Part shown: one piece after another, positions 9,689 through 19,922 of the stretch
Layout of the letters: each line of letters begins with the position of its first letter
Numbering within the stretch: the stretch's first letter is position 1
Sequence record: ON286974
Strand: one strand, 5' to 3'
Source of the DNA: Escherichia phage W115
Length of the DNA: 64,000 nt
Translations under genes and position numbers: made by a program
The notes under the pieces: generated by a model
The model's database searches: none
The model's input: the letters and a program-made list of their open reading frames with translations, nothing else
Told to the model about the DNA's origin: nothing

Positions 9689-9730
9689 AATAAAACACCC
9701 TTTATAAACACATAGAATTATTTAGTATTT

Positions 9731-9738
9731 TATAAATA
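9731..9738 (+). promoter_or_regulatory. T4-type late promoter (TATAAATA) upstream of gene 51
   Basis: Exact TATAAATA about 20 nt upstream of the gene 51 ATG. Confidence 0.6.
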
Positions 9739-9758
9739 CCCGAAAGGGGGATTATACC

Positions 9759-10529
9759 ATGAATATTATCCGAATAAAACTACCGGAAGGTGTGCAGAGA
9801 TTTAAACCATTCACGGTAAAAGATTATAGAGATTTCCTTCTGGTGTCAACTGAAATTAAGATGAATCCAGAAGAAGAACAAACGATTCTTGATGAGCTAT
9901 TAGAAGAAATATATCCAGACGTAGATCCGGCATTTCGTGAATATATTTTCCTGAATGTCTTTACTAGTTCAATTGGTAAAACTAAGATACCGCTTTGTTT
10001 TACTTGCCCGACTTGCAACAAAGAAAGAAGAATGTTGCTTAACTTACAGGTTGAAGCACTAAAACCAATCGTTCTAGAGGCCGCAGGGCTTAAAATAACT
10101 TTCCGGTATGTTAAACCATCAACCGACTATGCAAAAACGTTTCTGGATGCGATAGAGCGTGTATCTGATGGTATTAATGACTATCTATGGACTGAATTGC
10201 CGGAAGAAGTTAGAGAACAGGTTATCGATTCAATCTCATTTTCTGAATTTGAAGAAGTTGTTAAGCAGATGCACACAATCAAGATCGAACAAAAGATATC
10301 TTGTTGTGAGAGTCATGACCTGAAATACATAGGTCTTCTTCCATTATTCAAATTGTTGTTGAATCCAGATGAGTTATTCATCTTTTATCGAATAAACCAT
10401 CTATTGGCAAAATCAAATTATTCTATCAGTGATCTTATGGACATGTTACCCGTCGAGAGAAACATTGCACTGACACTGGTCGAGAAAGACGTAAAAGAGG
10501 CAAACAATGCAAAGAACGGGGTTTCCTAA
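9759..10529 (+). CDS. 51: baseplate hub assembly protein gp51
   Basis: 256 aa; synteny 26-51-27; Cys pair CPTC typical of gp51. Confidence 0.75.
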   Translation: MNIIRIKLPEGVQRFKPFTVKDYRDFLLVSTEIKMNPEEEQTILDELLEEIYPDVDPAFREYIFLNVFTSSIGKTKIPLCFTCPTCNKERRMLLNLQVEALKPIVLEAAGLKITFRYVKPSTDYAKTFLDAIERVSDGINDYLWTELPEEVREQVIDSISFSEFEEVVKQMHTIKIEQKISCCESHDLKYIGLLPLFKLLLNPDELFIFYRINHLLAKSNYSISDLMDMLPVERNIALTLVEKDVKEANNAKNGVS

Positions 10530-11616
10530 TGTCTCAATAAAACTTTATCAGGATTATGAGGCATTTCTAAATCATCGCTTTATAGAATTGGGTGCTACCT
10601 TTGTTACAATGACTCTGCGTGATTCGATTCGTGGGGTGAACGAAGGATTGTTGCAATTCTATGATAATAAGGCGATGCATACAAAATTAAACGGGAGAGA
10701 GATCATTCAGATTTCGCTATCCACTGCTAATACAGATGAAGTGTTTAACCGAATCTATGGGATCTCTCATAGTAATGTAACAATTGACCAAAAATCCGAC
10801 AACATTTTAACATTCCAGTTAAAGAGCTATCACGAATCATTAAACCTTAAATTTTCTCGCTCATTGACAAATAACGCGGTTAATAACGTAACTAGCATGA
10901 TTGATGCCATCTATAAGGAAGTTCCTTTATGGAAACCTACTATAAAGGGTGATAACGTTGTTATTCCTCGTTGTCCGTGGGTTAGTACCATAAATGACTA
11001 TATGGATTTTGTGAGGGCATACGGGCAAAGCGTAGAAACCGAGTCTTTCGTGTATTGCTGGGAAGATTTTGATGGTATAACGATCGCTGGACACGATACA
11101 ATATTAAAAAATGAGCCAATACCAGCTATAATCTGTGAGCCTAGACTCATGGGGCAGTTTATTGATATGTCGCCTAATCTGATGGTTTTTAATTTCGAGT
11201 GGCAGACTAAGAGCAATGCTAAAGTTAAAAATTCATTTAGCAATGTAACATACACAACTATTGATTTTGTTACTAAGCAGTATAATAAAATTATTGTTGG
11301 TAATGGGGATAACATTGCACACTTTGCTCATGGTGGCGCTTATGGCGATTTAACTTATAAGAATGCGTTTTTGGAAGGTTCTAAACTTGCCACAATAGAA
11401 CAATATGATTCATATGCTACCGCCGTGTGTCACGGTAATTTTTCGTTGCGCCCCGGTATGGTTATTCGATTCTTTGATGAGAAGCAACAAGCACGCAATG
11501 ATTTTATTGTTGACGAAGTTGTGCATGAAATTAGCCGAGAGCAATCATTAACTCACCTGTATATGATCGGTAACAGCGAAGAATTACAGGAAGTCAAATT
11601 TGAAGGTAAGATATAA
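10507..11616 (+). CDS. 27: baseplate hub subunit gp27
   Basis: 369 aa; N-terminus MQRTGFPNVSIKLYQDYEAF...MTLRDS...NEGLLQFYD matches T4 gp27. Confidence 0.9.
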   Translation: MQRTGFPNVSIKLYQDYEAFLNHRFIELGATFVTMTLRDSIRGVNEGLLQFYDNKAMHTKLNGREIIQISLSTANTDEVFNRIYGISHSNVTIDQKSDNILTFQLKSYHESLNLKFSRSLTNNAVNNVTSMIDAIYKEVPLWKPTIKGDNVVIPRCPWVSTINDYMDFVRAYGQSVETESFVYCWEDFDGITIAGHDTILKNEPIPAIICEPRLMGQFIDMSPNLMVFNFEWQTKSNAKVKNSFSNVTYTTIDFVTKQYNKIIVGNGDNIAHFAHGGAYGDLTYKNAFLEGSKLATIEQYDSYATAVCHGNFSLRPGMVIRFFDEKQQARNDFIVDEVVHEISREQSLTHLYMIGNSEELQEVKFEGKI

Positions 11617-12134
11617 TGACAGAAACTAAACCTATGTTAAAATTTGTTGTTCCTGTAAAAAAATTAGAGATAAACGGGAAACATATCAAGATCCCAAAAA
11701 TGGGGATTAAGCAACATCGATTATTAAAAGATGTTCGTAGCTGTGATGAAACATTAAAGATTCTTCTTGATTCAATCTGTCCTGGGTTAAACGCTGCCGA
11801 GTCTGAATTGGTTATGCTTAACCTTTGTGCGTTTAATGGTAAGTGTCTGGAAGAAAAAGATGGTCTTAAGCTGTCTGATGTGTATATTTGTACAGAGACT
11901 GAATTTACTTTAAATGGTAAAGTCTTTAAATTTAAAAATCCAATGTATACTTCTGACCCCATTATCGATGACGCTGATTTCTTGAGTCATCATTATCACG
12001 ATCCTAGTGTAGACTTCCATGATTTCCCAGCTTTTATTATGGATTGGGCTACAGGATTAAGAAAAACTATTGCACTGGATACACCGGAAGGTACTATCTA
12101 TGGTGGAATTAACATATTGGATCGCCTATCATGA
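11616..12134 (+). CDS. 28: baseplate hub distal subunit gp28
   Basis: 172 aa; synteny; ATGA-type overlap with gene 27. Confidence 0.75.
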   Translation: MTETKPMLKFVVPVKKLEINGKHIKIPKMGIKQHRLLKDVRSCDETLKILLDSICPGLNAAESELVMLNLCAFNGKCLEEKDGLKLSDVYICTETEFTLNGKVFKFKNPMYTSDPIIDDADFLSHHYHDPSVDFHDFPAFIMDWATGLRKTIALDTPEGTIYGGINILDRLS

Positions 12135-13864
12135 ATGACGCATTAACATCATTTCGCGGGATGCGCAAGGAAGCGGAAGAAAACCCGATTGATAAACTTA
12201 ACAAATTAGATAAACTTGATTCTATTGATAATTTGCAAGCCGCTACCGAATTGGTGGCGGAGACAGTAGAACAAAAATCTAATGAAGTTGTTGGTGCGGT
12301 AGAGGATAACACCGCAGCCAATGAATTGACGGCAGAGAATACCCAATCTACCGCTGGCAATACCCAAAAAACTTATGAAGAATTGCAAAAACTCAATAAT
12401 TTCTCTTCTCAGATGAATGAGAAATTACGTGGTTTTGGTGTTATGATGGAACGTAGATTTGGTGTTGTCAGTAAAATGGCTAGCGGTATTGGTGCGATTG
12501 AAGAAGCACTGAAAAAACCGGAACAACCGCAAACAATGCCATCACCTCAGCCAGTTTTGCCTACTGTGCCGGAACAGCCTAATAATGACAACTATCAAGG
12601 TCTTCCAAAGAAAAAACCAGATGTTGAGGAACGGAAGAAAAAGAACGCCACAGATAAGCGTAATGCAGATTCTATGGAAAATCTTCTTAAAGTTGTTCGT
12701 GGAGGATTTAAAGAAACCATAGGTATCTCTAATAAGGTCTTAGGGATGTTATTTAAGATCACCTTGACCGCTATGGCAGAAGCCGCAAAATGGGGCGCTA
12801 TTTTGATGGGTATTGTTTTTGCCATCGACACCCTTATGATTCATTTCAGATATTGGAGTGATTTATTCGAAACAAAATTCGATGAATTTATGGATAAGGC
12901 CGGAGAATGGGCTGGTCCTATTAGCGATATTTTAACTACTGTTCGTCAGGTTCGAGATTATTGGTCTAAAGGCGAATATGGGGAGTTAATTAAATCTCTT
13001 GTTATGGGTATTGGTGATGCATTCTATAAAACCTTTATCCAACTTGATCGAATTATCACTACTGGTATTGCTAAAATTCTTCGCATGATCCCTGGTATGG
13101 GTGATTATGCCGATAAGTTAGAATATGGTGCTTTAAAATCTGCTGTCGCTCAAGGCTATACGCCAAATGAAAGAGAACTCGAATTAATGGATAAGATCGA
13201 GTCTGAACACGAAGAAGACAAATATGGAGAGCGCACAGGATGGACAGGAAAAGCCCGTGATATTGGCGAAGCTATTGGGGATTCTATTAAGGATAAAGTT
13301 AACGAAGGTCTTGTTAGTCTGGGCTGGAGAGATCAAAAGGATGTTGACGCAGAGAAACGACAAGAAGAATTAAAACGCGGGGAATATAAGTCTGTTTCTG
13401 CTGAACAACGATCTGCTAGTCGTAAACTTAGAATTAAAAGCGAGGGCGCGATCAATAATATTAATGAAGTTATGGAGAATTTGAGCGGTGACTATGACAA
13501 AGAAAGAATGGGAGAGTTGAAAAAGGATATTGATGTTTACCGTGAGCAAGTTCAAGATCCTACATTAGTTGAAAGTGATCGTTCTCAGTTAGAGCGTCTT
13601 ATTGAAAAATTTGATGAGATGTATGCTGATAAAACTAAGGGTGTGGTTCCAACTAATCCTGTTCCTGCAACTGAAACGGAAACAGCAAAACAAGCGGAAC
13701 GCACTGAACAAATGCAGAAACAAGCTGCAATCCAGCAACAAACGACAAATCAGACCTCAAACGTAAATAATACACAAATTGTAACAAACAATAGAACTAT
13801 TAAACAGGGTGCACCAACAACTAGAATTGATGCTCCCGGTACAATTAATATGGGGAACTTTTAA
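12131..13864 (+). CDS. 29: baseplate hub / tail length determinator gp29
   Basis: 577 aa; synteny and size as T4 gp29. Confidence 0.8.
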   Translation: MNDALTSFRGMRKEAEENPIDKLNKLDKLDSIDNLQAATELVAETVEQKSNEVVGAVEDNTAANELTAENTQSTAGNTQKTYEELQKLNNFSSQMNEKLRGFGVMMERRFGVVSKMASGIGAIEEALKKPEQPQTMPSPQPVLPTVPEQPNNDNYQGLPKKKPDVEERKKKNATDKRNADSMENLLKVVRGGFKETIGISNKVLGMLFKITLTAMAEAAKWGAILMGIVFAIDTLMIHFRYWSDLFETKFDEFMDKAGEWAGPISDILTTVRQVRDYWSKGEYGELIKSLVMGIGDAFYKTFIQLDRIITTGIAKILRMIPGMGDYADKLEYGALKSAVAQGYTPNERELELMDKIESEHEEDKYGERTGWTGKARDIGEAIGDSIKDKVNEGLVSLGWRDQKDVDAEKRQEELKRGEYKSVSAEQRSASRKLRIKSEGAINNINEVMENLSGDYDKERMGELKKDIDVYREQVQDPTLVESDRSQLERLIEKFDEMYADKTKGVVPTNPVPATETETAKQAERTEQMQKQAAIQQQTTNQTSNVNNTQIVTNNRTIKQGAPTTRIDAPGTINMGNF

Positions 13865-14922
13865 TGAAAATTAGTGTTATCAATGATGCCGTTGATAGCT
13901 TTAAAGCGGGGGTTAAAACCTCCGCTGGTTTTACCTCAAAAAATAAAGGGAAAACATTAACCGCTCAATTCCCCGCTGAACGTGCTAGCGGTAATGATGC
14001 TAGCGGTTATTATATCAACGACTTATATAATAATGGTCTGTTATTCACTGCATACGATTATACATCTCGTACTACTGGTTCGTTGCGTGATTTCAGGAAA
14101 AAGAAAAATGTTGCTAGCGGTTTTGGTGGTAGCGTTAATATCGCTGGTTTTGATTTAAATTTGGGTGGGAGAAATGCTGCATTTGACCGAGAGGCAATTG
14201 CTAATATTCTTCTTCCTCGTAGTCAATCTGACGTTGACGCTGCTAGCCATAAGTTTAATGATGTTGGTGAATCTGTTATTTCTCGCGGTGGTGGTACTTT
14301 AGGCGGTGCTCTTTCTAATATGGCATCTACTGCCGTTTTTGGTGGTATCGAAAGTATTACTGGTGGATACCTTGCCGATCACGGTGAACAGATTTATAAT
14401 ACTGCGCGAAGCATGTATGCTGGTGCTGACGCACGAACTAAAAACTACGTATGGCATCTAACCCCACGTAGTATTGAAGACCTTCGCAATATTCTGATCA
14501 TATACGAAACGTTTTTAGAGTTGTCTTATGGGTCTAGTGGTATTTCCAGCACCGCAAAAGAATTAAAAGCGGAAGTTGATGCGTGGTATAAAAATACACT
14601 ATTGAGAAAATCCACCCCAGAGGAAGCGAAGAGAAATGATACTCTGTTTGAAGGGATCACCGATTTTCTATCAAACGCAATTACTGTATCTAACCCGACA
14701 ATATGGATGATCTCTAACTTCGGCAAGCGTACATCGTTTGAAGGGCGTAGCGATGCATTTGGTCCCGCTCAGATCTCAAGTGTACGTCTGGACAAGTCGC
14801 CTGATGGTAAGTTTAATGGCCTTGCTATTTCTCCTAACTTGCCTAGTACATTTGTTCTGGAAGTATCATTTAGAGAGATCTTGACACTTTCCCGTGGTAC
14901 TATATTTGGGAGTGTGGTATAA
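13864..14922 (+). CDS. 48: baseplate tail-tube junction protein gp48
   Basis: 352 aa; TAQFPAERASGNDA...LYNNGLLFTAYD... matches T4 gp48. Confidence 0.9.
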   Translation: MKISVINDAVDSFKAGVKTSAGFTSKNKGKTLTAQFPAERASGNDASGYYINDLYNNGLLFTAYDYTSRTTGSLRDFRKKKNVASGFGGSVNIAGFDLNLGGRNAAFDREAIANILLPRSQSDVDAASHKFNDVGESVISRGGGTLGGALSNMASTAVFGGIESITGGYLADHGEQIYNTARSMYAGADARTKNYVWHLTPRSIEDLRNILIIYETFLELSYGSSGISSTAKELKAEVDAWYKNTLLRKSTPEEAKRNDTLFEGITDFLSNAITVSNPTIWMISNFGKRTSFEGRSDAFGPAQISSVRLDKSPDGKFNGLAISPNLPSTFVLEVSFREILTLSRGTIFGSVV

Positions 14923-15854
14923 TGTTTGATTTAAATGATTTTAACGAACAAGCCGCTAACCTTGACTTTCAGCGATCTAACTTATTCAGCGTGGCATTTG
15001 CCACCACTCCAAGTAATAAGACACAAGCGATCCTAGAAAGTATGGGCGGTGCGGTATATGATATTATACCAAATGCATTAAATGACTATTTCGGGATTAC
15101 TCGTGGTGATTATACTGACGCATTAACAAATCTTGCTGTACAGGGTGTTAGGCGTGCTGTTGATTCATCCGGTGTCAAAAAGTATCTTTTAGGTGCAATG
15201 TCATCCCGCGTAGTTCAATCTCTTCTGGGGCAATTTGATGTTGGTACATATGCGCTTGACTGGTTCAATATGGCATATAAGACAAGCGGTCTTCTGGTGT
15301 ATGCTGTTAAGGTTCCAGAAAACAGATTGAATTATGAAATGGACCGTAACCACAATGCGCCAAACATTCGAATTACCGGACGTGATTTTGATCCGCTTGT
15401 ATTGAGCTTTAGAATGGACTCTAGCGCATCAAACTATAGAGCAATGCAGGATTGGGTTAACTCAGTAGAAGACCCCGTGACAGGGCTTCGTGCGCTTCCT
15501 GTTGACGTTGAAGCAGATATTCAGGTTAACTTACATAACCGAATGGGAGTTCCTCACACAATCATGATGTTTAATGGTTGTGTTCCTGTTGGTGTGAGTG
15601 CACCGGAATTAACCTATGAAAACAACAACGAAATTACAACATTCGATGTTACTTTTGCGTATAGGACTATGCAAACTGGTGCTGTAGGAGAGCAAGCCGC
15701 GCGAGAATGGATTGAGGATAAGGCAATAAACGCAATAACAAACACTTTCGGCAATAATTTACTTGATAGTGGGTTATCTGCTGCTGGTAATGCTTTATCG
15801 CGTCTAAATGGCGTTGGTGGGCGTGTGGTGAATACTGTCACTAACTGGTTCTGA
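14922..15854 (+). CDS. 54: baseplate tail-tube initiator gp54
   Basis: 310 aa; synteny after gene 48. Confidence 0.85.
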   Translation: MFDLNDFNEQAANLDFQRSNLFSVAFATTPSNKTQAILESMGGAVYDIIPNALNDYFGITRGDYTDALTNLAVQGVRRAVDSSGVKKYLLGAMSSRVVQSLLGQFDVGTYALDWFNMAYKTSGLLVYAVKVPENRLNYEMDRNHNAPNIRITGRDFDPLVLSFRMDSSASNYRAMQDWVNSVEDPVTGLRALPVDVEADIQVNLHNRMGVPHTIMMFNGCVPVGVSAPELTYENNNEITTFDVTFAYRTMQTGAVGEQAAREWIEDKAINAITNTFGNNLLDSGLSAAGNALSRLNGVGGRVVNTVTNWF

Positions 15855-15860
15855 TAAGCG

Positions 15861-15890
15861 AAAGGCGGGGATTATCCCCGCCTTTTTATT
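15861..15890. terminator. bidirectional intrinsic terminator between convergent gene 54 and the alt operon
   Basis: ggcgggga-ttat-ccccgcc flanked by A-run and T-run. Confidence 0.65.
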
Positions 15891-16371
15891 TTGCTAAATC
15901 ATTGCAATATTTTAGTGCCTTAGTTTGAAATTCTGCGCTGTTAAGTTCTTCATAACGGTCATAATCACCGTTTAATGCTGCCTTTCTTGCTTCTTGCTCT
16001 ATCTGCATGTCAGACATGATAATACAGCGATCCCGCGCTTTCATCTTCTCAAGTTGTATAGACTCTTCTTTCTGCTTGCGCAATTCTTCTTGACGCTTCT
16101 TTTCTTCTTGTGCTTTCTCTTCCCGCGCTTCTTTGATTGCCTCCTTGAACATCTGCGTTTGTGGTGCTAAACCAACTTTAACTCGATCTACGTCTCGACG
16201 TTCCATTTTAGAAATAAAGCATGATTCGATCTGATCATCACTTGCATATGCTGCTTTACATTCACGAAGCAAGAAAACCGGATCTGATTTAGCATTCATC
16301 ATAGCTTCCATGTTGGCACAACCAGTAAGCATGAATGCAGCCGCAAGACCAATCAGTTTAATCATTTTCAT
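15886..16371 (-). CDS. putative lipoprotein with charged coiled-coil region
   Basis: 161 aa; lipobox-like LTGC after a signal peptide; Glu/Lys-rich helix; start overlaps the stop of the upstream ART gene by 4 nt. Confidence 0.55.
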   Translation of the reverse strand: MKMIKLIGLAAAFMLTGCANMEAMMNAKSDPVFLLRECKAAYASDDQIESCFISKMERRDVDRVKVGLAPQTQMFKEAIKEAREEKAQEEKKRQEELRKQKEESIQLEKMKARDRCIIMSDMQIEQEARKAALNGDYDRYEELNSAEFQTKALKYCNDLAK

Positions 16372-17192
16372 TTAGTCACCTCACCGAAAATTGTAAATTG
16401 TCTACGATTCTCATCGCCGAAAGATTCTACTACGTCGTTTACCTTGACGCAAGTCCCGCGCGGTAAAATTACTTCACATTCGCAAGGGTTCCATGCAATG
16501 GACCCAACAACAAAACCTTTATGATCTTTTACATCAATCACCCATGATACATTACAAGAATGTTGCATCTTTCCGGTCACGGATTCATATCGATTCTCAC
16601 AATAAAGGCTAGTGCTGTTTGATAGCCAGCCTCCAAAGATGATCGGTGTCATGCTGGTCGATACAAAGTTTTTAAAGGTAAATTCCTTATCTTCAATAAT
16701 ACGCTCTATTGTCTGAATGTCAAGATGTTGACCTCGATAAAGAGTACCGTTTAACTTTTCGGTTTTATCCATGACGCAATCCATCAAATCAACAATTTCT
16801 GATATCTCGTCGGTCATGTCCTCTTCCCCTAAGAGAGCACCATTTACCCATTCGTATTGTTCAGACACATAATCACAGATTGCATTATATTCTGCTGGGG
16901 TTATGTTGTTATGTTTGTAATGTTTGAATACATTATCTCCAAAGTCTTCGGAATGTACTTCATACATCACATTAATGATTTTCTTGACAAATCCATAATC
17001 TTGCGTCTCGCGCTCAAGGAAGCGGATAACCTTCACATAATCATCAAAGTTAATCTGATCGCTGATCATCTCAGTGATCATGTAACCATTAATCCCCTCA
17101 ATGTCATATGTTTCGATGTAATTATCCATACGTTCCATCATTGATTCGCGTGATTCTTCTGAAAGACGAAAATCCTGTAATTGTTTGAACAT
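16368..17192 (-). CDS. Alt-like ADP-ribosyltransferase (short paralog of Alt)
   Basis: 274 aa; R-S-E ART motifs (TLYRGQHLD, FVSTSMTP, ECEVILPRG) co-linear with the catalytic region of the adjacent Alt protein. Confidence 0.75.
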   Translation of the reverse strand: MFKQLQDFRLSEESRESMMERMDNYIETYDIEGINGYMITEMISDQINFDDYVKVIRFLERETQDYGFVKKIINVMYEVHSEDFGDNVFKHYKHNNITPAEYNAICDYVSEQYEWVNGALLGEEDMTDEISEIVDLMDCVMDKTEKLNGTLYRGQHLDIQTIERIIEDKEFTFKNFVSTSMTPIIFGGWLSNSTSLYCENRYESVTGKMQHSCNVSWVIDVKDHKGFVVGSIAWNPCECEVILPRGTCVKVNDVVESFGDENRRQFTIFGEVTK

Positions 17193-17212
17193 TTTAAACC
17201 TCCCATATAACA

Positions 17213-17250
17213 GAAAACGGGGCTAGTATAAAACTAGTCCCCGTTTGAGT
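17213..17250 (-). terminator. intrinsic terminator downstream of alt
   Basis: cggggctagt-ataaaa-ctagtccccg hairpin followed by a U-run on the minus strand. Confidence 0.55.
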
Positions 17251-17270
17251 CAACCATTATTTCTTAAAAA

Positions 17271-19322
17271 TTACATTTTAAATTTATCTGGCATTGCGTC
17301 TACAGATACCAGATCAGCGATAAGCTGACGTAGAGTTGCCTTATCTGCTTTCTTACGTTCGGTTTTAGCTTCGCTAATGAAGCTGGAGAAAGACAGGTCA
17401 GAAGCAGGTTTAACAACACCTTCACGGATGAATGCATCACCGTCCGCGATCATCTCGCCAGATTCTTGTAATGCTGCCAGTTCATTTTTGTTCATAATAT
17501 GTGCCTCAATGTAATAAGTTTCTTGTGAATCCGTCGATGCCGTAGCACGAGTTACCGTATCAAAGGATAACACAACACCGCGAGGAAGTAAAATCTCGCA
17601 TTCTTTGTAAGCAAATGCTTTGTTACCTACTGGCAACACAGGGATGTTTTCCGCGCCAGCAATGGAGAAAGCAACATTAGCGCCACCTTCACCGCGAGAG
17701 CCAGCCATAGAATCAACACCAGCAACGGCACTAGCCACGTTTGCATTCCAGCCGCCAAAAATGTTAGGTTCAAGGGAAGTGCTCACATAGTTTTTAAAGT
17801 AAAACGCTTTTTGCTTACGTGCAGTTTCCCACATTTGCGACCGGAAGTCCATACCACGATACAGAATAGTACCCGGATCAAGTTTAACGCCATAGTTGGA
17901 GAAGGCATTATCCAGTGCATCGCACATCTTGACCAATTCTTCTGGATCTGCGATGCCTTCAAACTCTTCCAGCTTACGGTCGGTTAGGAAGTTGTTCATA
18001 TTGATGTATGCTGCATCGGCATATTCGCTCAACACAAAACCTTCCGCGCCCGGCAGATCAAGATCAATATCTGCCATCATTTCACCCATGTTGCTAGCAA
18101 TTGCTTCAAACATACCGGAAGCAACATTACGTAGGGCATCGGTTTTAATCTGGGTGATATGACTACGCAGCATTTCAGCTTTTACATCTGCTGGCATAGA
18201 CTGGTCTACTCGATCCATTGCCAGGGCGGTGATCTTGTTTTCGAATACTTCCTCGCTCATGATTTCTTTTAAGCGTTTGATTGATGCTGCGATAACTTCC
18301 GCAGACAACGGATCATATTGATCCTGAACTTTTACCAGTTCGCTTACTGCGTATTTTGCATCGGCTTCGCTTTCAAAAATAGTACGCATGAAACCATAGC
18401 GAGTGATAATATCACTTGTCCAGTCATTCAGAGAACGGGCGGTTGAACGTTCTAAGGCTTGACGGTCAATCAGAGTATTAAACTGTTTCTTAGGTTCTGC
18501 TTCGGTGATATCTTCTTCCGGTTTAAGATTAATTTTTTCTGGATGATTCACATAGTCGCTGTTATAGGTCGCTTGAGTTTTCAGCATTTCTTCTTTAGTC
18601 AAACGAGATTTAGCCGCTACGCGTTGTTCTGCTTCCGAGTTTCGTTCTTCTTCTGACACAAGACTAGCCGCATACGCCTCATCTTTAGTCAGAGATTCAC
18701 CAGTAGCCTTAGATACCCAGCGATCACCTAAATCACTTTCTACTTTAGTGAACAAGGATTCATCAAGTTTAATCCCTTTAATCTTATCAATCGCCATCCC
18801 GCGACGCTTGACAACAACTAAAGCGATCTTTTTGCTGGTCATTACTTCCTGCTGGAATACTTCAAACTTCGGTGTACGACGCACCAAACGCTCTATAACG
18901 CGCTTAACCAGTTCGGTCTTACCTTTCATGCGGGATACGTTAAAACGGAACATAACAGCGTCTAATTGCGCTTTACGGGCTGTTTCCATAACCACATCAA
19001 AAGCACTTGCCATAACTGCAATCGGGTTATCTCCTAGACCATTTTTAAGCTGTACAATACGACCGCTTTTGTTCATTTCGCACAGTACAACATGTGCGGT
19101 CTTGTCACCCATACGAATGATTTTAGGTGTTTTGTTGGTGAAGTTACAAAGACGGACAATCACATCTTTATCGCGTGTCTGTACTGCAAAAAGCTGTTTA
19201 GGATTCTGCTTAGGCTTTAAGCACTGTACCGGAGCAATACTACCAAAGTTTTCTTCCTCTTCCGTCAACAGCCATTTCTCGAAAGATTCAATCATTAGAT
19301 CGTCGATTTCTAAGTTAAACAT
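17271..19322 (-). CDS. alt: Alt ADP-ribosyltransferase (capsid-packaged, modifies host RNA polymerase in T4)
   Basis: 683 aa; ART motifs ILYRGMDFRS, YVSTSLEP, ECEILLPRG; size and position after gene 54 as in T4. Confidence 0.85.
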   Translation of the reverse strand: MFNLEIDDLMIESFEKWLLTEEEENFGSIAPVQCLKPKQNPKQLFAVQTRDKDVIVRLCNFTNKTPKIIRMGDKTAHVVLCEMNKSGRIVQLKNGLGDNPIAVMASAFDVVMETARKAQLDAVMFRFNVSRMKGKTELVKRVIERLVRRTPKFEVFQQEVMTSKKIALVVVKRRGMAIDKIKGIKLDESLFTKVESDLGDRWVSKATGESLTKDEAYAASLVSEEERNSEAEQRVAAKSRLTKEEMLKTQATYNSDYVNHPEKINLKPEEDITEAEPKKQFNTLIDRQALERSTARSLNDWTSDIITRYGFMRTIFESEADAKYAVSELVKVQDQYDPLSAEVIAASIKRLKEIMSEEVFENKITALAMDRVDQSMPADVKAEMLRSHITQIKTDALRNVASGMFEAIASNMGEMMADIDLDLPGAEGFVLSEYADAAYINMNNFLTDRKLEEFEGIADPEELVKMCDALDNAFSNYGVKLDPGTILYRGMDFRSQMWETARKQKAFYFKNYVSTSLEPNIFGGWNANVASAVAGVDSMAGSRGEGGANVAFSIAGAENIPVLPVGNKAFAYKECEILLPRGVVLSFDTVTRATASTDSQETYYIEAHIMNKNELAALQESGEMIADGDAFIREGVVKPASDLSFSSFISEAKTERKKADKATLRQLIADLVSVDAMPDKFKM

Positions 19323-19362
19323 TTTATATCCTCTAGTTGATAACCTATAAACCTATATTTAT

Positions 19363-19390
19363 GAAAAAGGGGCTTAACGCCCCCATTTAT
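19363..19390 (-). terminator. intrinsic terminator
   Basis: ggggcgttaagcccc hairpin plus T-run on the minus strand. Confidence 0.55.
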
Positions 19391-19602
19391 TATAATGCAC
19401 CATCGAGCAATTGCTCTAAGGTGTATCCTGAATAGTCTTTTTCAATCAGGGTATATTTTCCTACTCGTTTAATACAGCCACGCATTTCAACGTATTCTGC
19501 GTAGTTGATGGTGCGAGTTGTTCCATCTTCCAGTAATGCAGTACCGATTTCGTTAATGCGGTCATAAGTTACGTCGGTAATGATGATTTCGATGTTAGCC
19601 AT
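19390..19602 (-). CDS. hypothetical protein (70 aa)
   Basis: Track ORF directly downstream of a PeSL promoter. Confidence 0.5.
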   Translation of the reverse strand: MANIEIIITDVTYDRINEIGTALLEDGTTRTINYAEYVEMRGCIKRVGKYTLIEKDYSGYTLEQLLDGAL

Positions 19603-19624
19603 TTGATACTCCTTAGTAGTTCGT

Positions 19625-19670
19625 TTCGGTATGGGTGTATTATGATATACACCATCTGTTATGTCAACAA
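19625..19670 (-). promoter_or_regulatory. PeSL early promoter cassette 1
   Basis: Minus strand TTGACA ... TAATAC with inverted repeat ggtgtat/atacacc around the -10, then CGAAACG leader and GGAGTATCAAA-ATG. Confidence 0.55.
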
Positions 19671-19673
19671 CTT

Positions 19674-19853
19674 TTAGAACATTTTTGAAATTAATTCTGC
19701 TTTGATTTCGCAGAGAACATCTAAAGATTTCTCGTCACCCGCTTTTGCTGCTTCTGCTTGCATTTTTGAAATGGCTTCAATGTCAGTGCAATTATAAGCC
19801 GCTTGAACTTTAGCGATTGCGATGATTGCCGATTCGATGGTTAAGTTTTTCAT
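19674..19853 (-). CDS. small hypothetical protein (59 aa)
   Basis: Manual ORF (MKNLTIESAII...) starting just after a PeSL. Confidence 0.35.
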   Translation of the reverse strand: MKNLTIESAIIAIAKVQAAYNCTDIEAISKMQAEAAKAGDEKSLDVLCEIKAELISKMF

Positions 19854-19879
19854 GTTTGATTCTCCTTTCGTTTCGGTAT

Positions 19880-19920
19880 GTGTGCATTATAGGGGATCAC
19901 CGATCCCCCTGTCAACAATT
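19880..19920 (-). promoter_or_regulatory. PeSL early promoter cassette 2
   Basis: TTGACA - palindrome GGGGGATCGGTGATCCCC - TATAAT, then CCGAAACGAAA leader and GGAGAATCAAA before ATG. Confidence 0.6.
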
Positions 19921-19922
19921 TT

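Noticed and set aside
17896-19350. Plus-strand ORFs inside alt (for example 18748..19350, 200 aa)
   Set aside because: Antisense to the well-supported alt gene; low-complexity composition, no RBS
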